The notes under the pieces were generated by a model. That model saw nothing but the letters and a program-made list of their open reading frames with translations. It ran no database searches and had not been told where the DNA came from. From NCBI RefSeq assembly GCF_006345805.1, contig NC_043013.1, forward strand, positions 2,542,001 through 2,606,000: a stretch of DNA of 64,000 nucleotides. Reading direction: 5' to 3'. The stretch comes from Octopus sinensis (lineage: Eukaryota). Positions within the stretch are counted from its first letter, which is position 1; each line of letters begins with the position of its first letter. The position numbers and the translations under genes are program-made. Positions 63,912 to 64,000 of the stretch are shown piece by piece.

Positions 63912-64000
63912 GAGGCGCAATGGCCCAGTGGTTAGGGCAGCGGACTCGCGGTCGTAGGATCGCGGCTTCGATTCCCAGACCGGGCGTTGTGTGTGTTTAT
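63909..64000 (+). mobile_element. SINE family C head (runs off the window edge)
   Basis: Near-identical to the head of the 52128 copy. Confidence 0.9.

Noticed and set aside
63909-63985. tRNA gene (also at 6170, 26387, 52128, 63037)
   Set aside because: The D-arm and A/B boxes are present, but the acceptor and anticodon stems do not pair and the sequence continues into a multicopy SINE body.

Overview
This is animal genomic DNA, almost certainly a coleoid cephalopod (octopus-like). That is an inference from the extreme (TA)n/(CA)n/(CATA)n microsatellite load and from tRNA-derived SINE families that I recall as octopus-type; it was not database-checked. There is no intact protein-coding gene, rRNA, real tRNA or CRISPR array. 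Nearly every ORF in the track is a microsatellite translation. The window is a dense mosaic of mobile elements. SINEs: about 45 copies in four or five modular families, labelled A-E here as working names. Non-LTR fossils: CR1, RTE, a Jockey/I-like element, a HERO-like RLE element and a Penelope GIY-YIG fragment. DNA transposons: mariner and hAT fossils, a non-autonomous Helitron and several MITE/foldback elements. The observations most worth following up are: (1) two minimal hammerhead-ribozyme-like motifs in Penelope-type ends, plus a 42-bp tandem array built from hammerhead-like cores; (2) a GGATCTTTTC-TIR MITE family with two perfect 8-bp TSDs (Merlin-like), one copy carrying telomeric repeats; (3) SINE module and tail swapping, and a SINE with a built-in microsatellite; (4) many long inverted repeats that could form dsRNA; (5) several unique islands with splice signals that may be exons of unannotated host genes. 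All exon and gene models are hypotheses. SINE boundaries are approximate (+/-10 bp) unless TSDs are given.
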